Of a DNA stretch of 32,573 nt, positions 15,605-25,435 are shown one piece after another; the first letter of the stretch is position 1, and each line of letters starts with the position of its first letter. Position numbers and translations under genes: made by a program. This stretch comes from a virus (lineage: Duplodnaviria; Caudoviricetes). Location: IMG/VR virus record IMGVR_UViG_3300020045_006942, positions 1-32,573 of that record, one strand, 5' to 3'. Below the pieces are notes generated by a model. That model was not told where the DNA came from. It saw only the letters and a program-made list of their open reading frames with translations, and ran no database searches.

Positions 15605-16513
15605 CTATGCGATAGGTCTTGCCCAAACAATCTCTGCACCGTTGTAGTAACCTACACCTGCATTATAAACCATTGTACCGATAATTTTACCGTTTAGTAA
15701 GGTATCGTCTTGGTCAATCATTCTAACCTCATTATGGTCAGCCAATAATCCAGTTGCAAAGATTAAGTTTTTAGGCTCAGCGATTACAATTGTAGAAGTT
15801 GGTAATCCGTTAATTTCTTCGATAGTATATTTACCGAATTTAGGTGCTGTGTTTGCGTCTCCACCTAATCCATTGGCTACTCCTTTAGAGGCAAGCCAGA
15901 ATCCGTAAAACATATAAACATCAGGAGAAACACCAATTTTCAAAGATTTTCTTCTAATATCAACAGGAATTGAAGCTAAAGCAAGTTTCAATTGAGCCTC
16001 AACATTAGCCTCTGTGATAGCGTCTAAATCAACATCGATTACGGTTGCATCGGCTAAAAATTGTTTAAGGAAACCGTCGAATTCGTCTGCATTCGTAGCG
16101 TCACCGTTCCAAATATTGTCGTCTAATTCTTCAGCTGTTTGTCCTAATTTTTCAACCAATATTGCATCCATGATGTCTTTTGGCGCACTATCATTATGAG
16201 CCGAAGCGCCCATAGACTCCTCGCTCCATTGCGCTCTGAAATCTTCTTTACAAACCTCGAAATCGTCTTTAAATTTCTTAGGTTCTAAAACTTTTTCAGA
16301 TAAAGTAATTGCACCAGCAGGAACGTGTCCACAAGTGTATTCTCTTTTTCCTCCCGTCATTGCGATTTTGCGCAAGTTCAGTTTGTAATTTACGTTTGGG
16401 AATACGGTAACAAATCCTTTCGAGATAGTGTCCGCTTCCTTAAATGCTTGTCCAACAATTTCGCCTGCTTCTTTACCTGCGTAGTTAGATGTTACTGTTA
16501 CTGTAGTAGCCAT
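15605..16513 (-). CDS. Major capsid protein
   Basis: 302 aa directly after protease/scaffold; IWNGD..DEFDG and NLIFATGLLADHNEV motifs. Confidence 0.85.
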   Translation of the reverse strand: MATTVTVTSNYAGKEAGEIVGQAFKEADTISKGFVTVFPNVNYKLNLRKIAMTGGKREYTCGHVPAGAITLSEKVLEPKKFKDDFEVCKEDFRAQWSEESMGASAHNDSAPKDIMDAILVEKLGQTAEELDDNIWNGDATNADEFDGFLKQFLADATVIDVDLDAITEANVEAQLKLALASIPVDIRRKSLKIGVSPDVYMFYGFWLASKGVANGLGGDANTAPKFGKYTIEEINGLPTSTIVIAEPKNLIFATGLLADHNEVRMIDQDDTLLNGKIIGTMVYNAGVGYYNGAEIVWARPIA

Positions 16514-16515
16514 AT

Positions 16516-17613
16516 TTAGTTCTTGTTTTTATTTAATGTAAATGCGATTCTCTCTTGTTTTGTCATTTTTGAAAAGTCAACTTGAACAGGCGTTCCATTA
16601 ATTGGTTTACTCGCTGGTTGTTTTGACAATTCAGTTACTTGAATTTGTAGTTCGTCAATCTTTTTTGATTGTTCGCTATATTTAATCAGAATTGATTTAA
16701 TAGCACTTTCAATTTCACTTGCAATTTTAGCATCATTTGAAACTTTACCGTCTCCTTCATTTGCTAAATCTTGCGCTGGTGCAGGCTCTACTGGTTCGCT
16801 AACTGGTTTAATAGAATCAACGATTCCCTCAGTTACTACTACCAATACAGTGCCATCTTCAAGTGGGTGCTCTCCTACTGGCACAGGAACTCTCGTACCA
16901 TCCTCAGCAGTTACCCAACATGATTTTCCAGCTTCTAAAACGTCTCCCTCAAATTCAATTTTAACACTTCCGTCTGCAAGCATAACTTCACCTAGTTGTA
17001 TTTCGGTTTTTGCAGGATTGAAAGCAAGTAAAATCTTTTCTAACAAAGAGTTTGTTTTTGCTTGTTCACTCATATTTATATTTGATTTTAAATTTACTTC
17101 TTCTAAACTTAACATAGCATCAATTGAAAAACCTTGTACTTTGCCAGTCTTAACATAATCATTCCAAACTTCCTCGCTATCAACTTTCATAACAGCAACC
17201 CATGAACCTTTCGGATAACTAAAACCAAAGTTATTACTTTTATCATTTGTCGGATTTTCTACTATCCAACTTTCAGTAAATGTAACGCCTTGTATTTTTT
17301 TGTCTAACGAATGTTCAATAGTTGAATTTGAATGAGAATTATTTTTAAAGAAACCGTATGATAAATCTTTGATAGTTTCTTCATTAAAAACTATATTAAA
17401 TTCCTCCCCGTTTTGATTCCTGTATATTGGTTTGTTTGGTTCTAAAACTAAACCCATTAATATACGTTGTTCTTCATCTACGGTCTTAAACTCTACTTTC
17501 TCATCCTTAGACAAAGCCACAAATAACCCCTCCATTGCTGGATTCTCAACTAAAGAAATCCCGTAAACTCCTTTATTTGTAAGTGGATTGTATTTTGCTT
17601 GGTAGGTTTTCAT
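16516..17613 (-). CDS. Prohead protease (XkdF/S78-like) fused to scaffold
   Basis: ISLVENPA, TIEH, ESW, PKGSW, GFSID protease motifs; GEHPLEDG and coiled-coil scaffold tail. Confidence 0.88.
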   Translation of the reverse strand: MKTYQAKYNPLTNKGVYGISLVENPAMEGLFVALSKDEKVEFKTVDEEQRILMGLVLEPNKPIYRNQNGEEFNIVFNEETIKDLSYGFFKNNSHSNSTIEHSLDKKIQGVTFTESWIVENPTNDKSNNFGFSYPKGSWVAVMKVDSEEVWNDYVKTGKVQGFSIDAMLSLEEVNLKSNINMSEQAKTNSLLEKILLAFNPAKTEIQLGEVMLADGSVKIEFEGDVLEAGKSCWVTAEDGTRVPVPVGEHPLEDGTVLVVVTEGIVDSIKPVSEPVEPAPAQDLANEGDGKVSNDAKIASEIESAIKSILIKYSEQSKKIDELQIQVTELSKQPASKPINGTPVQVDFSKMTKQERIAFTLNKNKN

Positions 17614-17937
17614 TTAAATACTACTTAAAGCTGAACCGATGCTCGACAAAACCGATTCTGCTGATTTTTTTGCCACACTAATCATATCAGATTTTTTAGC
17701 TAATAACGAAACTGTGTCGGTTGCCCCTAATTCTTTAGCAGATACCGTTCCTTTTTCGGCAAACTTCAAAGCAGTTTCATACATTCCAATTGCGCTTTTT
17801 ACATTTGTTTGTGCATTAATCAAAGCTTTACTTACATCCGATAAAGACAAGCCTTTTGCAAAAGCGTTGTTTACATCGTCGATTAATGTTAATTGCACAT
17901 TTGTTTCAAACGCTAATTTTATTTCTTCTACTTTCAT
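17614..17937 (-). CDS. Helical Ala/Ser/Lys-rich protein, possible internal head protein
   Basis: ORF track; first gene after candidate late promoter, abuts protease gene. Confidence 0.7.
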   Translation of the reverse strand: MKVEEIKLAFETNVQLTLIDDVNNAFAKGLSLSDVSKALINAQTNVKSAIGMYETALKFAEKGTVSAKELGATDTVSLLAKKSDMISVAKKSAESVLSSIGSALSSI

Positions 17938-17956
17938 ATTTTTATTATTTATAATT

Positions 17957-17981
17957 AAACTAAATTACTTTGTTATTGTTA
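17957..17981 (-). promoter_or_regulatory. Candidate late promoter TAAC-N17-GTTT
   Basis: TAAC-AATAACAAAGTAATTTA-GTTT upstream of head module. Confidence 0.65.
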
Positions 17982-17989
17982 CATTTTTG

Positions 17990-19591
17990 TTAACCAAGTG
18001 ATGCCTCACTTACTATATTTCTGTCTAAACTTTGAGAAGTGCTTACATCGGAACTAACTACATATGCTTTAATTGGCGCGCCTTGTTGTGATAATCCTTG
18101 TGCTATTTGATTTGTGCCTGTGCCTTGTACTAAATTGAAAGAAGGTGCACTTGGTGTTGAACCTGAGCCCATAGAGCCACCTCCAGAACCTCCTCCAGAT
18201 AATATGCTTTTAGCCTTTAATGCGTTACCTGTAATCATAGCTGCTAATCCTAAGTAAGTAGAAGCTGTAACTGCTGGAGTAACAACTGCAGCTGCGGGGC
18301 CTGCAACCTTTCCTGCTTCAGCACCAGCCTTTATAGATGCTGGTATAGCATTTGATATTGCTTGCGCTGTATCTATTGCTATTTGAGCTATTGCTATTCC
18401 TTTTTGTAAAGCTTGGTTTTTTTTAGAATTTCCTCCTATTAAATTAGCTAAATTAGACAAAGCATCTCCAGAATCTCTCGCCATATTATAGCGAGTTTCT
18501 GAAACTTTTTTATCTAATTCTATTTGAGATTCTTTTATTTTTAATTCTTCATCATATTCATAAGCAAGTCTTTCTATTTTATTATTAATGGCATTAGCAT
18601 CTTGTTCGGCTTCTTTGTCTATATTATTTTGTCTAAACTCTTCAGTATCAAGTTGAGCTTGTTTTATTTCTTCGTCTAACGCAATAGCTTTTTCAGCATC
18701 TGATTTAATTTTTTCCTCTGCTTTTTTATCAGCATCAGCATCGGCTTTTTCTTTATCGGCTCTTTGTTTTTCTAAACGTGCCTTTTCTTTTTCCGATAAG
18801 TTTTTATTTTCTTCGTCAATCTTATCTTGTTTGCTTTGTCTTTCTTTAGCTAAATCTTCATTATGCATTTTGTCAATAGCCAATAATTCACGATTCAATC
18901 TTTCTGCAAGTTTCTTTTGATTTGCACCTTCCTCTTTTATCGCTTCATTATATGCGTTTTTAGCGTCTATTTTAGCTTTAGTATATTTATTTACTAAGTC
19001 ACCTTCCTCAGCCATGAACTTTTTATTCATTGCTAAAGACTTATCCGCTTGCTCTGTTAAACTTGCTAAGGCTCTTTCAGCTTCACTTGTCACTCCTATA
19101 AAATCAGTAAAACCGTTTACTAAGTTTTCTACAAATTCCCCAACATTTGCAAGTCCCGGAATTAAATTTAAAACTACTTTTTTAACCTTGTCAAAGTTTG
19201 CTATTAATAAACCTAAACCAACAACTAAAGCACCTATACCCGTAGCAACCAAAGCAATCCTAAACAACTTCATTGCACCTGTCGAAGTACCTACAACCGT
19301 ACTGTAAATAGCTTGCTGTATTGATGCTAACTTTTGACTCTTAGTAAATAATACCGAAGCCTCAACTGCATCCTTTACAGTCATTGCAAGTCCTCCAGTA
19401 GCATCGTTAAGCAGTCCCATAGCTCCACCATTATCTAAAACAGCGTTTGAACTGTCGCCCATTGATTTAACAACGTTTGAATTTGTTTTACTTAAATCTT
19501 CTAAGGAATTATCTAACTTGTTTACTTGCTTTTGAACCGCATCTAAACCCGTTTCTTTGACTACTATATTTATTTGCTTTTCAAGTGCCAT
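17990..19591 (-). CDS. Tape measure protein
   Basis: Helical, Ala-rich, TGIGALVVGLG hydrophobic segment, charged coiled coil, IKAYVVSSDV C-terminus. Confidence 0.88.
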   Translation of the reverse strand: MALEKQINIVVKETGLDAVQKQVNKLDNSLEDLSKTNSNVVKSMGDSSNAVLDNGGAMGLLNDATGGLAMTVKDAVEASVLFTKSQKLASIQQAIYSTVVGTSTGAMKLFRIALVATGIGALVVGLGLLIANFDKVKKVVLNLIPGLANVGEFVENLVNGFTDFIGVTSEAERALASLTEQADKSLAMNKKFMAEEGDLVNKYTKAKIDAKNAYNEAIKEEGANQKKLAERLNRELLAIDKMHNEDLAKERQSKQDKIDEENKNLSEKEKARLEKQRADKEKADADADKKAEEKIKSDAEKAIALDEEIKQAQLDTEEFRQNNIDKEAEQDANAINNKIERLAYEYDEELKIKESQIELDKKVSETRYNMARDSGDALSNLANLIGGNSKKNQALQKGIAIAQIAIDTAQAISNAIPASIKAGAEAGKVAGPAAAVVTPAVTASTYLGLAAMITGNALKAKSILSGGGSGGGSMGSGSTPSAPSFNLVQGTGTNQIAQGLSQQGAPIKAYVVSSDVSTSQSLDRNIVSEASLG

Positions 19592-19710
19592 GCTCTTTTT
19601 ATTTTTCTAAAAAAGTTATCAGTTTCATTTTTTCCTTTTGCTATTTCTGTAAATTCACCCGCCCCGTAAAAAGTGTGTGATTGTAATAGTGTAATTATTT
19701 CAGCTATCAT
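19570..19710 (-). CDS. Small protein upstream of TMP (46 aa)
   Basis: MIAEIITLLQSHTFYGAGEFTEIAKGKNE...; overlaps both neighbours. Confidence 0.6.
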   Translation of the reverse strand: MIAEIITLLQSHTFYGAGEFTEIAKGKNETDNFFRKIKRAWHLKSK

Positions 19711-20282
19711 TTTCCTTTATGTGTTCTAATTATTACTATAACAATATCGTATATACTTATATCTCCATTTATAGGGGTTATCTCTATATTGCCTCCGTTT
19801 GAAATAAAAGTAGTACCTGTAAAGTAGCTCATGTCTATATCGAACTTTTGCTCTACACCCGAACCTTTAGAAAACAAAATAGTTTCGTTTGAAATTGCAC
19901 CTAAAGAACCTCCGATGTTTATATCAATATCAGCTAAACCGCTTGCAACATTCATTTTAGCCTTAAATCTTAAAGACAAAGTAAATGCATCTCCATTATT
20001 TACCGCTAATAATTTATCCGTTGTCTCATTCCAAAAGGTAGTTACGCCTGTCGGTAATTGAGTTTGAATTTTAGTTGTAGTTCCTGTTAATACTTTACCT
20101 GTAACACCAGATAAAATAACTAAAGGCGAACCACTTGTATAGGTTGTATCTGTTATTTGCTCCCAACCAGTAAAACTATACACTTCGTCAAAGTTGTCAT
20201 TAACTTTATCAAAAGCAACCCTTAAAACATCACCTGTCCCATCGCCCGCTGTCGTACCTATTCCTATTGTTTGTTTAGCCAT
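19707..20282 (-). CDS. Tail-tip fibre / receptor-binding protein
   Basis: N-terminal KQTIGIG...DGTGDVLRVAFDKVNDNF motif like T4 gp9/gp10 N-terminus, then beta-rich domain. Confidence 0.75.
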   Translation of the reverse strand: MAKQTIGIGTTAGDGTGDVLRVAFDKVNDNFDEVYSFTGWEQITDTTYTSGSPLVILSGVTGKVLTGTTTKIQTQLPTGVTTFWNETTDKLLAVNNGDAFTLSLRFKAKMNVASGLADIDINIGGSLGAISNETILFSKGSGVEQKFDIDMSYFTGTTFISNGGNIEITPINGDISIYDIVIVIIRTHKGK

Positions 20283-22602
20283 TGTCTGCTGTTATTATAT
20301 TGTTATCCGCTGTTATTATATTATTGTCTGCTGTAACTATTCTCGGTGCTTGTTGGCAAAAAATATCGATTACTTGTAACGTAGTTGTATTTGTAATAGA
20401 TACATTTGTCGAACGTGTTGCACCTGTGTTATTTTCCTCAAAGGCAAAGTAAACATTATCGCCTGAGCTTGTAATTGAAAGCCAAGTTCCAGACTCTATT
20501 ATATAACTATATCCCGCAAGATTTGTTATTGTTACCGTTTGTGTTTGTGCTCTAAAGTCCGCATACAATACGCTTACATCAGCATTAAATCCGTTAATCG
20601 TATTGTCAAAAGAATTAATTAAATTTAAAGATACTTCACCACTTAAAAGATTAATATTATAATTGTCAATCCTATAATAATCATGTTTGATTTGTAAAAC
20701 ATCATTCAATTTTAATTGAGTTAATATTCTCAAAGGTAAAATAGCCTTATATTTAAAGTTTCTTCTTTTAATATTAAATACAGAATCTACATAGTCTTTA
20801 TGATAGTTTTTGTATAGGGTATTTTCAGATGCTACACCGTTCCATTCGTTGTTTTCTATACCAAAAACTAAGTTATATTGTGGCGTAACAAAGTCAATAG
20901 AGTGACTTGCTATGTTTACATTTCCATTAATTAACTCTTTGCCTCCTATATCGTTTATAAAACCTAAAGTTTTAGCACCGACAGCAGTTGAAACATTATA
21001 AAACAAATGTACTTTTGGATTTACGGGTGTAATTGTTTCGTCAAATATCCCTCCGTACATTAAATTGGTGTTTACATTGTCTTTTAAATCAACTAAACGC
21101 TCATAAACAATTTGCTCAAATGGTAACTCATAAGATAAACTTTCGCCATCCAAAGGTTTACCCATTGCTGTCCCGTCATCTGTTAATATTGTTTCCTCAT
21201 CTCCATAAGATAAACCAGTATTTATTTTAAATTGTTTATTCAAAATAGTAATAGGCTCTTGAAATTTAAATTTAATTTCATTCAATAAAGAACCTCTTTC
21301 AATATCTATTGAATTATCATTTATGTATTTAGAAATATTCCAAATTGAGCCTTTAGAATAAAAACTTTTTAAAGTATCAACATAAATATTATCGTATTCA
21401 TCAGCGATAACTACTAATTTAAACATCTTAAATAACCCGTTTAAGAAGTCAATTATTTTCATCTTAGGTAAGTTATTAATTACTTGTAACTGTCCTGTAA
21501 TTGTTTGCTGTGGGAATGTAGCTGACATTCTGTAACTTTCGTATCTAAATTCAATCGTTAGTTTACTTGTAAATTTAAACTCTTGATTTGCTGAAATATA
21601 CCATGAATGTTTTTGTCCTGTGCTTCTCTCAATGTCAAAATAGAAAACATCTGTCCCTGTGCTTTGACTAAATCCACCTGCTAAATTTCCGTCTATTGTA
21701 TGCTCAATATTATACTTTACGTTTTCATATCCCAAAGCTGGAACTATATCTATTAAAGAATAAATCCTTTTACCACCTGCCACAAAAGTATCTTCTATTA
21801 TATCAACTACACCACCTCTACCATCAATATCGCCCGTATTGGTAAAGTCCATTCTAACTTTATTGTTTTGCGTATTGACTAAATTAGAATCGTTATTTAA
21901 CCAAATAAATAATTCTGTAAAGTCAGTACGTCCAAAAAAGTCACGTGAAAAAGTCACGCCATATTTTGTTTCAATAGCTTCAATAATATTTAAGACTCTT
22001 AAAGCAGGACGTAACTCATTCCAATTTAACCCTGTGTTTGATGCGTAAGGTTGGTATGATATATTTGCTAATTTATCAGTATTCGTTCCCTCTTGCGATG
22101 AGTCATAGTACAATTGCTTTTTTACAAATAAAGGATAAATTAAATTACCATTAAACAAACTTGAAGTTAAACCAGTCTTAACATTTGCAGGGTTAAACGT
22201 GTGCTGAAATTCTGAAAAGTCTAAAGAACTTAACTCGTCGTTTTTCAAGGTATCTTTTAACGAAACTAAGTTTCCCCAAAAAGTAAGCGTGTACGCATAT
22301 GGTCTGCCTTGCTTAACACTTACTTTATCTAAACGATATTTACCATACTTAAATGGTATTCCATCCAACTCTATACGCCCGTCTTGTTTAACTCTTGCGT
22401 CAAAAGAATTATCTATATTAGCGTCGTAGTAATGTTTAAATATACGATTATTTTTATTGGTAGCAGGAACGGTAAATGAGCGTGAATAATCAGTAGTGTT
22501 TTTTGTAATGTCGTTAATATTAGCAATAGAACTATTAATTTCTATTGCCTCATCTTTAAACCTATCTAAGTCATCGTTACCAATGTATAGTTTAACTACC
22601 AT
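20275..22602 (-). CDS. Tail tip/hub protein with C-terminal BACON-like domain
   Basis: YSRSFTVPAT..NN.IF N-terminal motif; WLSI...N..G..R C-terminal domain; follows Dit-like gene. Confidence 0.8.
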   Translation of the reverse strand: MVVKLYIGNDDLDRFKDEAIEINSSIANINDITKNTTDYSRSFTVPATNKNNRIFKHYYDANIDNSFDARVKQDGRIELDGIPFKYGKYRLDKVSVKQGRPYAYTLTFWGNLVSLKDTLKNDELSSLDFSEFQHTFNPANVKTGLTSSLFNGNLIYPLFVKKQLYYDSSQEGTNTDKLANISYQPYASNTGLNWNELRPALRVLNIIEAIETKYGVTFSRDFFGRTDFTELFIWLNNDSNLVNTQNNKVRMDFTNTGDIDGRGGVVDIIEDTFVAGGKRIYSLIDIVPALGYENVKYNIEHTIDGNLAGGFSQSTGTDVFYFDIERSTGQKHSWYISANQEFKFTSKLTIEFRYESYRMSATFPQQTITGQLQVINNLPKMKIIDFLNGLFKMFKLVVIADEYDNIYVDTLKSFYSKGSIWNISKYINDNSIDIERGSLLNEIKFKFQEPITILNKQFKINTGLSYGDEETILTDDGTAMGKPLDGESLSYELPFEQIVYERLVDLKDNVNTNLMYGGIFDETITPVNPKVHLFYNVSTAVGAKTLGFINDIGGKELINGNVNIASHSIDFVTPQYNLVFGIENNEWNGVASENTLYKNYHKDYVDSVFNIKRRNFKYKAILPLRILTQLKLNDVLQIKHDYYRIDNYNINLLSGEVSLNLINSFDNTINGFNADVSVLYADFRAQTQTVTITNLAGYSYIIESGTWLSITSSGDNVYFAFEENNTGATRSTNVSITNTTTLQVIDIFCQQAPRIVTADNNIITADNNIITADNG
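20278..20340. repeat. Three 21-bp tandem repeats coding (I/V)TADNN
   Basis: C-terminus IVTADNNIITADNNIITADNG. Confidence 0.85.
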
Positions 22603-23676
22603 TTATATATTATTTACTTCATTAAATGCGTACTCAAATTCTAACTCATAATTAATAAGTCTATCTTTTTGTCGTGATTTATATTCAAATGATTTAGTTG
22701 ATAATTTTAACGGTATATAATTTCCAACACTTTCAAGTTTCCAAATCTTCTCAGATAAAAGTAATTGTTTGTAAGACTCGTTTATACTTTCGTCAACAAA
22801 ACCACTATTAATTTTGAACTTTGTTTTACCTTGTACGTTATAAGTAACATATTGATGATAACCAACGTTTGGCTGTCCTCTGTCGTTTTCGTACTCCTCA
22901 CTTGTAACGCTTAAACTTTCTGTTTTAGCTTTAAAGAAAGTTAATATTTGCAAAGCACCCTCTTTATTTTGAAAGGCTATGTCAATAGGTGTGTATCTGC
23001 ATTCATCCTGAACTAATAACGTGCAAGTATAATCTAATTCAGCTATATTTATTTCTATTTCGGTGTCGTCTAAACATTCTATAACATTAACCCATATATT
23101 TTTAAATAGGTTTGAACTGTTTGTAGTACTGCCTATTGTAACGGTATAATCTAAAGTATTAATAGGATAAGATTTAACAGTTACCGTATATGAAAGCGAC
23201 TCACTAACCATTAAAGGCAAACAAAAGAAACCGTTTCTGTCCACTTTAAACTCCGTTCCTGACAATAATACGGAAGTACTTTGTGCATTCTCACCATCCA
23301 TACCATAACTATAACCACGTGATAATAATGATGTGTTAGGCAACTGTATAACGTTTAAATCATCTTCATCTGTTGTGGTATAAACTACTTGTGTTTTAAC
23401 CCATGCCTGATTGTTACCATTATAAACACCCGTTACGCTCATTTCTTGTGGCATGAAATCAATATAATCATTTACTAAACGTGCAATATTTATCTTGTCA
23501 TTTCCTGATGAACTTGTAGGATTCTTTTTTGTAATCGAATATACTGGTTCGGTAGGCACTGATGCTTTCAATCCTGTCCAAATAAATACTTGTAATGTAT
23601 ATGCACTACATATTGCACTTGTCAAAGGACTTGCAAATGGAATCGTTATGTAATAAGGCGATAAACTTTTAATCAT
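22603..23676 (-). CDS. Distal-tail-like structural protein
   Basis: FQNKEGA, INSGFV, QLLLSEKIW, LINYELEFEYA motifs; precedes hub gene. Confidence 0.65.
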   Translation of the reverse strand: MIKSLSPYYITIPFASPLTSAICSAYTLQVFIWTGLKASVPTEPVYSITKKNPTSSSGNDKINIARLVNDYIDFMPQEMSVTGVYNGNNQAWVKTQVVYTTTDEDDLNVIQLPNTSLLSRGYSYGMDGENAQSTSVLLSGTEFKVDRNGFFCLPLMVSESLSYTVTVKSYPINTLDYTVTIGSTTNSSNLFKNIWVNVIECLDDTEIEINIAELDYTCTLLVQDECRYTPIDIAFQNKEGALQILTFFKAKTESLSVTSEEYENDRGQPNVGYHQYVTYNVQGKTKFKINSGFVDESINESYKQLLLSEKIWKLESVGNYIPLKLSTKSFEYKSRQKDRLINYELEFEYAFNEVNNI

Positions 23677-24206
23677 AATTTAAGTGCTATTTTTAATTTC
23701 TCATCAACTTCTAAAGAGTATGCCATGTATATATCGTCTGGTAATCTTTGGAATGCTTGTTCATATGGTTTTGTAAAAAAGTTTGTTGTCGCTAAACCTT
23801 TATTCCAAATACTTCTAATTATTAAAAAAGAAGTTGATTTATAAGACAAAAATCTTCCTGTCTTTCTATCTTTAAATTGTATTCTTTTTCTTGAAACCCA
23901 ACCGTTAATACCACTCGTTAACCCTCCACTTTTTCCAGTCTCAGTTCCAAACTTAAACGGACTTAATGGCGCTTTTGCCGAACTACTAACGCCTTTTACT
24001 CCCTTATCTACAAACTCCCAATAATCCTCTGCATTACCAAATCCAAAAGTTAATGTCGTAGTTTTATCTTGTTGAACTACTTTATATTCTATGCCATCAT
24101 ATAAGGCACTTGTATCTTTCTTTTTTCTTTTAGATAGGTTTGATTTAGCCTGTTGCTTTACATACTTACCAAACTTTTCTAATTCATCAATTACACCGTT
24201 TGACAT
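23673..24206 (-). CDS. Tail completion / neck protein (HK97 gp10-like)
   Basis: Basic 177-aa protein with YWEFVDKG and TNFFTKP motifs. Confidence 0.6.
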   Translation of the reverse strand: MSNGVIDELEKFGKYVKQQAKSNLSKRKKKDTSALYDGIEYKVVQQDKTTTLTFGFGNAEDYWEFVDKGVKGVSSSAKAPLSPFKFGTETGKSGGLTSGINGWVSRKRIQFKDRKTGRFLSYKSTSFLIIRSIWNKGLATTNFFTKPYEQAFQRLPDDIYMAYSLEVDEKLKIALKL

Positions 24207-24652
24207 AATGACAAATCAATATTAGGAACTTCAACCGTAAAGTTTAATCTCGCACCATCTACTAACTTTGCACCCTCAAAAGAACCTAATTCAAAAGAGG
24301 GGTTTTCACTTGATGTAATATTATTATCTTCAAAGTCTGTAAACATTTGCGTCCACATTCTATTTAAAACCGATATGCAAAGATTATGATTATCTATTTC
24401 GTTATCATTATTAAAAAAATTGTCCTCGTTAATTTCTTTATTAATATCCCTTTGATTAAAGCAAGCTATCTCAACATTAAAGTTAACCGTTTGACCATTT
24501 GTAAAACCTCCAGAAACAATATTTATATTAACTAAAGGATACATTATTTCTTTCTTTAAATCAATATCGGTAGTCTTTAAAATAGTACTAACCGAACTAT
24601 TTGATTCAGCTAATTGCTTAATATATAGATATAATTGTGATAGTTGATTCAT
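24191..24652 (-). CDS. Tail terminator-like protein
   Basis: Acidic 153-aa protein, YPLVNI motif, tail module position. Confidence 0.55.
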   Translation of the reverse strand: MNQLSQLYLYIKQLAESNSSVSTILKTTDIDLKKEIMYPLVNINIVSGGFTNGQTVNFNVEIACFNQRDINKEINEDNFFNNDNEIDNHNLCISVLNRMWTQMFTDFEDNNITSSENPSFELGSFEGAKLVDGARLNFTVEVPNIDLSLCQTV

Positions 24653-24922
24653 TATAATTCGATTGTATTTGTATTGTTAGTCATTATCTTATGCTTTAAT
24701 TTCTGTTTATCTATTTTATGAGCTAAAAATAAATGCACCTCGTGAACATTTTTGCTTAAAATAGATTCTATTTTCCAAATTTTACCTTTAGCCAATTCCT
24801 CAATTGTAGCATACCACCCCCACTTTTGGAAGTAATCGTTTGCTGTTTTTCCCTCGCTGGTTCCTGAGTCATATATTTCTGGGTATAATTGATTAATTCG
24901 TTCGCTAAACTCGAAAAAAAAA
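24652..24922 (-). CDS. -1 frame extension of tail assembly chaperone
   Basis: Open frame FEFSERINQLYPEIY...FQKWGWYATIEELAKG...NTIEL* entered at T9 run; stop overlaps next ATG (TAATG). Confidence 0.75.
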
Positions 24923-25403
24923 CAAGCGAACCGTTAACAATTGATAAAGGCATATGTTTCATAATATCAGAATACTGCTTAGTTCCTTTGTATTTTATTA
25001 TATCATAGTTCCCAAGTATATCTTTATTTTTAATAGGTCTAAATAAAACAGCCATTAACTTATGCATACTTTCAACACTTGCTCCATGTGTTGAAATATC
25101 TATAAACTCCCCTTGCGTAATATTATCAAAGTTAGGAATAAAACCAAACTCAACATCTTTAATAAAAAACGTAGGTTTAAATTCAACTGTTTGATTAAGT
25201 GCTAAATCAATTTGAGTTAGTATCATTTTGTAGTCAACTGAACTTATTAAATCAATCCTATTTCGCTCAATCCCTGTAAATATTTGAATCTTTCTTTTAT
25301 TAAAATTATATTCGTCTAAATCTTCACGCTTCAATAGTTCGTCGTACTGTTGAAACTGAAAAAGAGTTATATCGTTTATTGATTCTGGTAAAATAATTTT
25401 CAT
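24768..25403 (-). CDS. Tail assembly chaperone (short form)
   Basis: 211-aa ORF containing in-frame slippery GTT TTT TTT TCG. Confidence 0.7.
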   Translation of the reverse strand: MKIILPESINDITLFQFQQYDELLKREDLDEYNFNKRKIQIFTGIERNRIDLISSVDYKMILTQIDLALNQTVEFKPTFFIKDVEFGFIPNFDNITQGEFIDISTHGASVESMHKLMAVLFRPIKNKDILGNYDIIKYKGTKQYSDIMKHMPLSIVNGSLVFFSSLANELINYTQKYMTQEPAREKQQTITSKSGGGMLQLRNWLKVKFGK

Positions 25404-25410
25404 ACTTTTA

Positions 25411-25435
25411 AAACTTTAATTTTACGTTTTTGTTA
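25411..25435 (-). promoter_or_regulatory. Candidate late promoter TAAC-N17-GTTT
   Basis: TAAC-AAAAACGTAAAATTAAA-GTTT just upstream of tail module. Confidence 0.65.
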
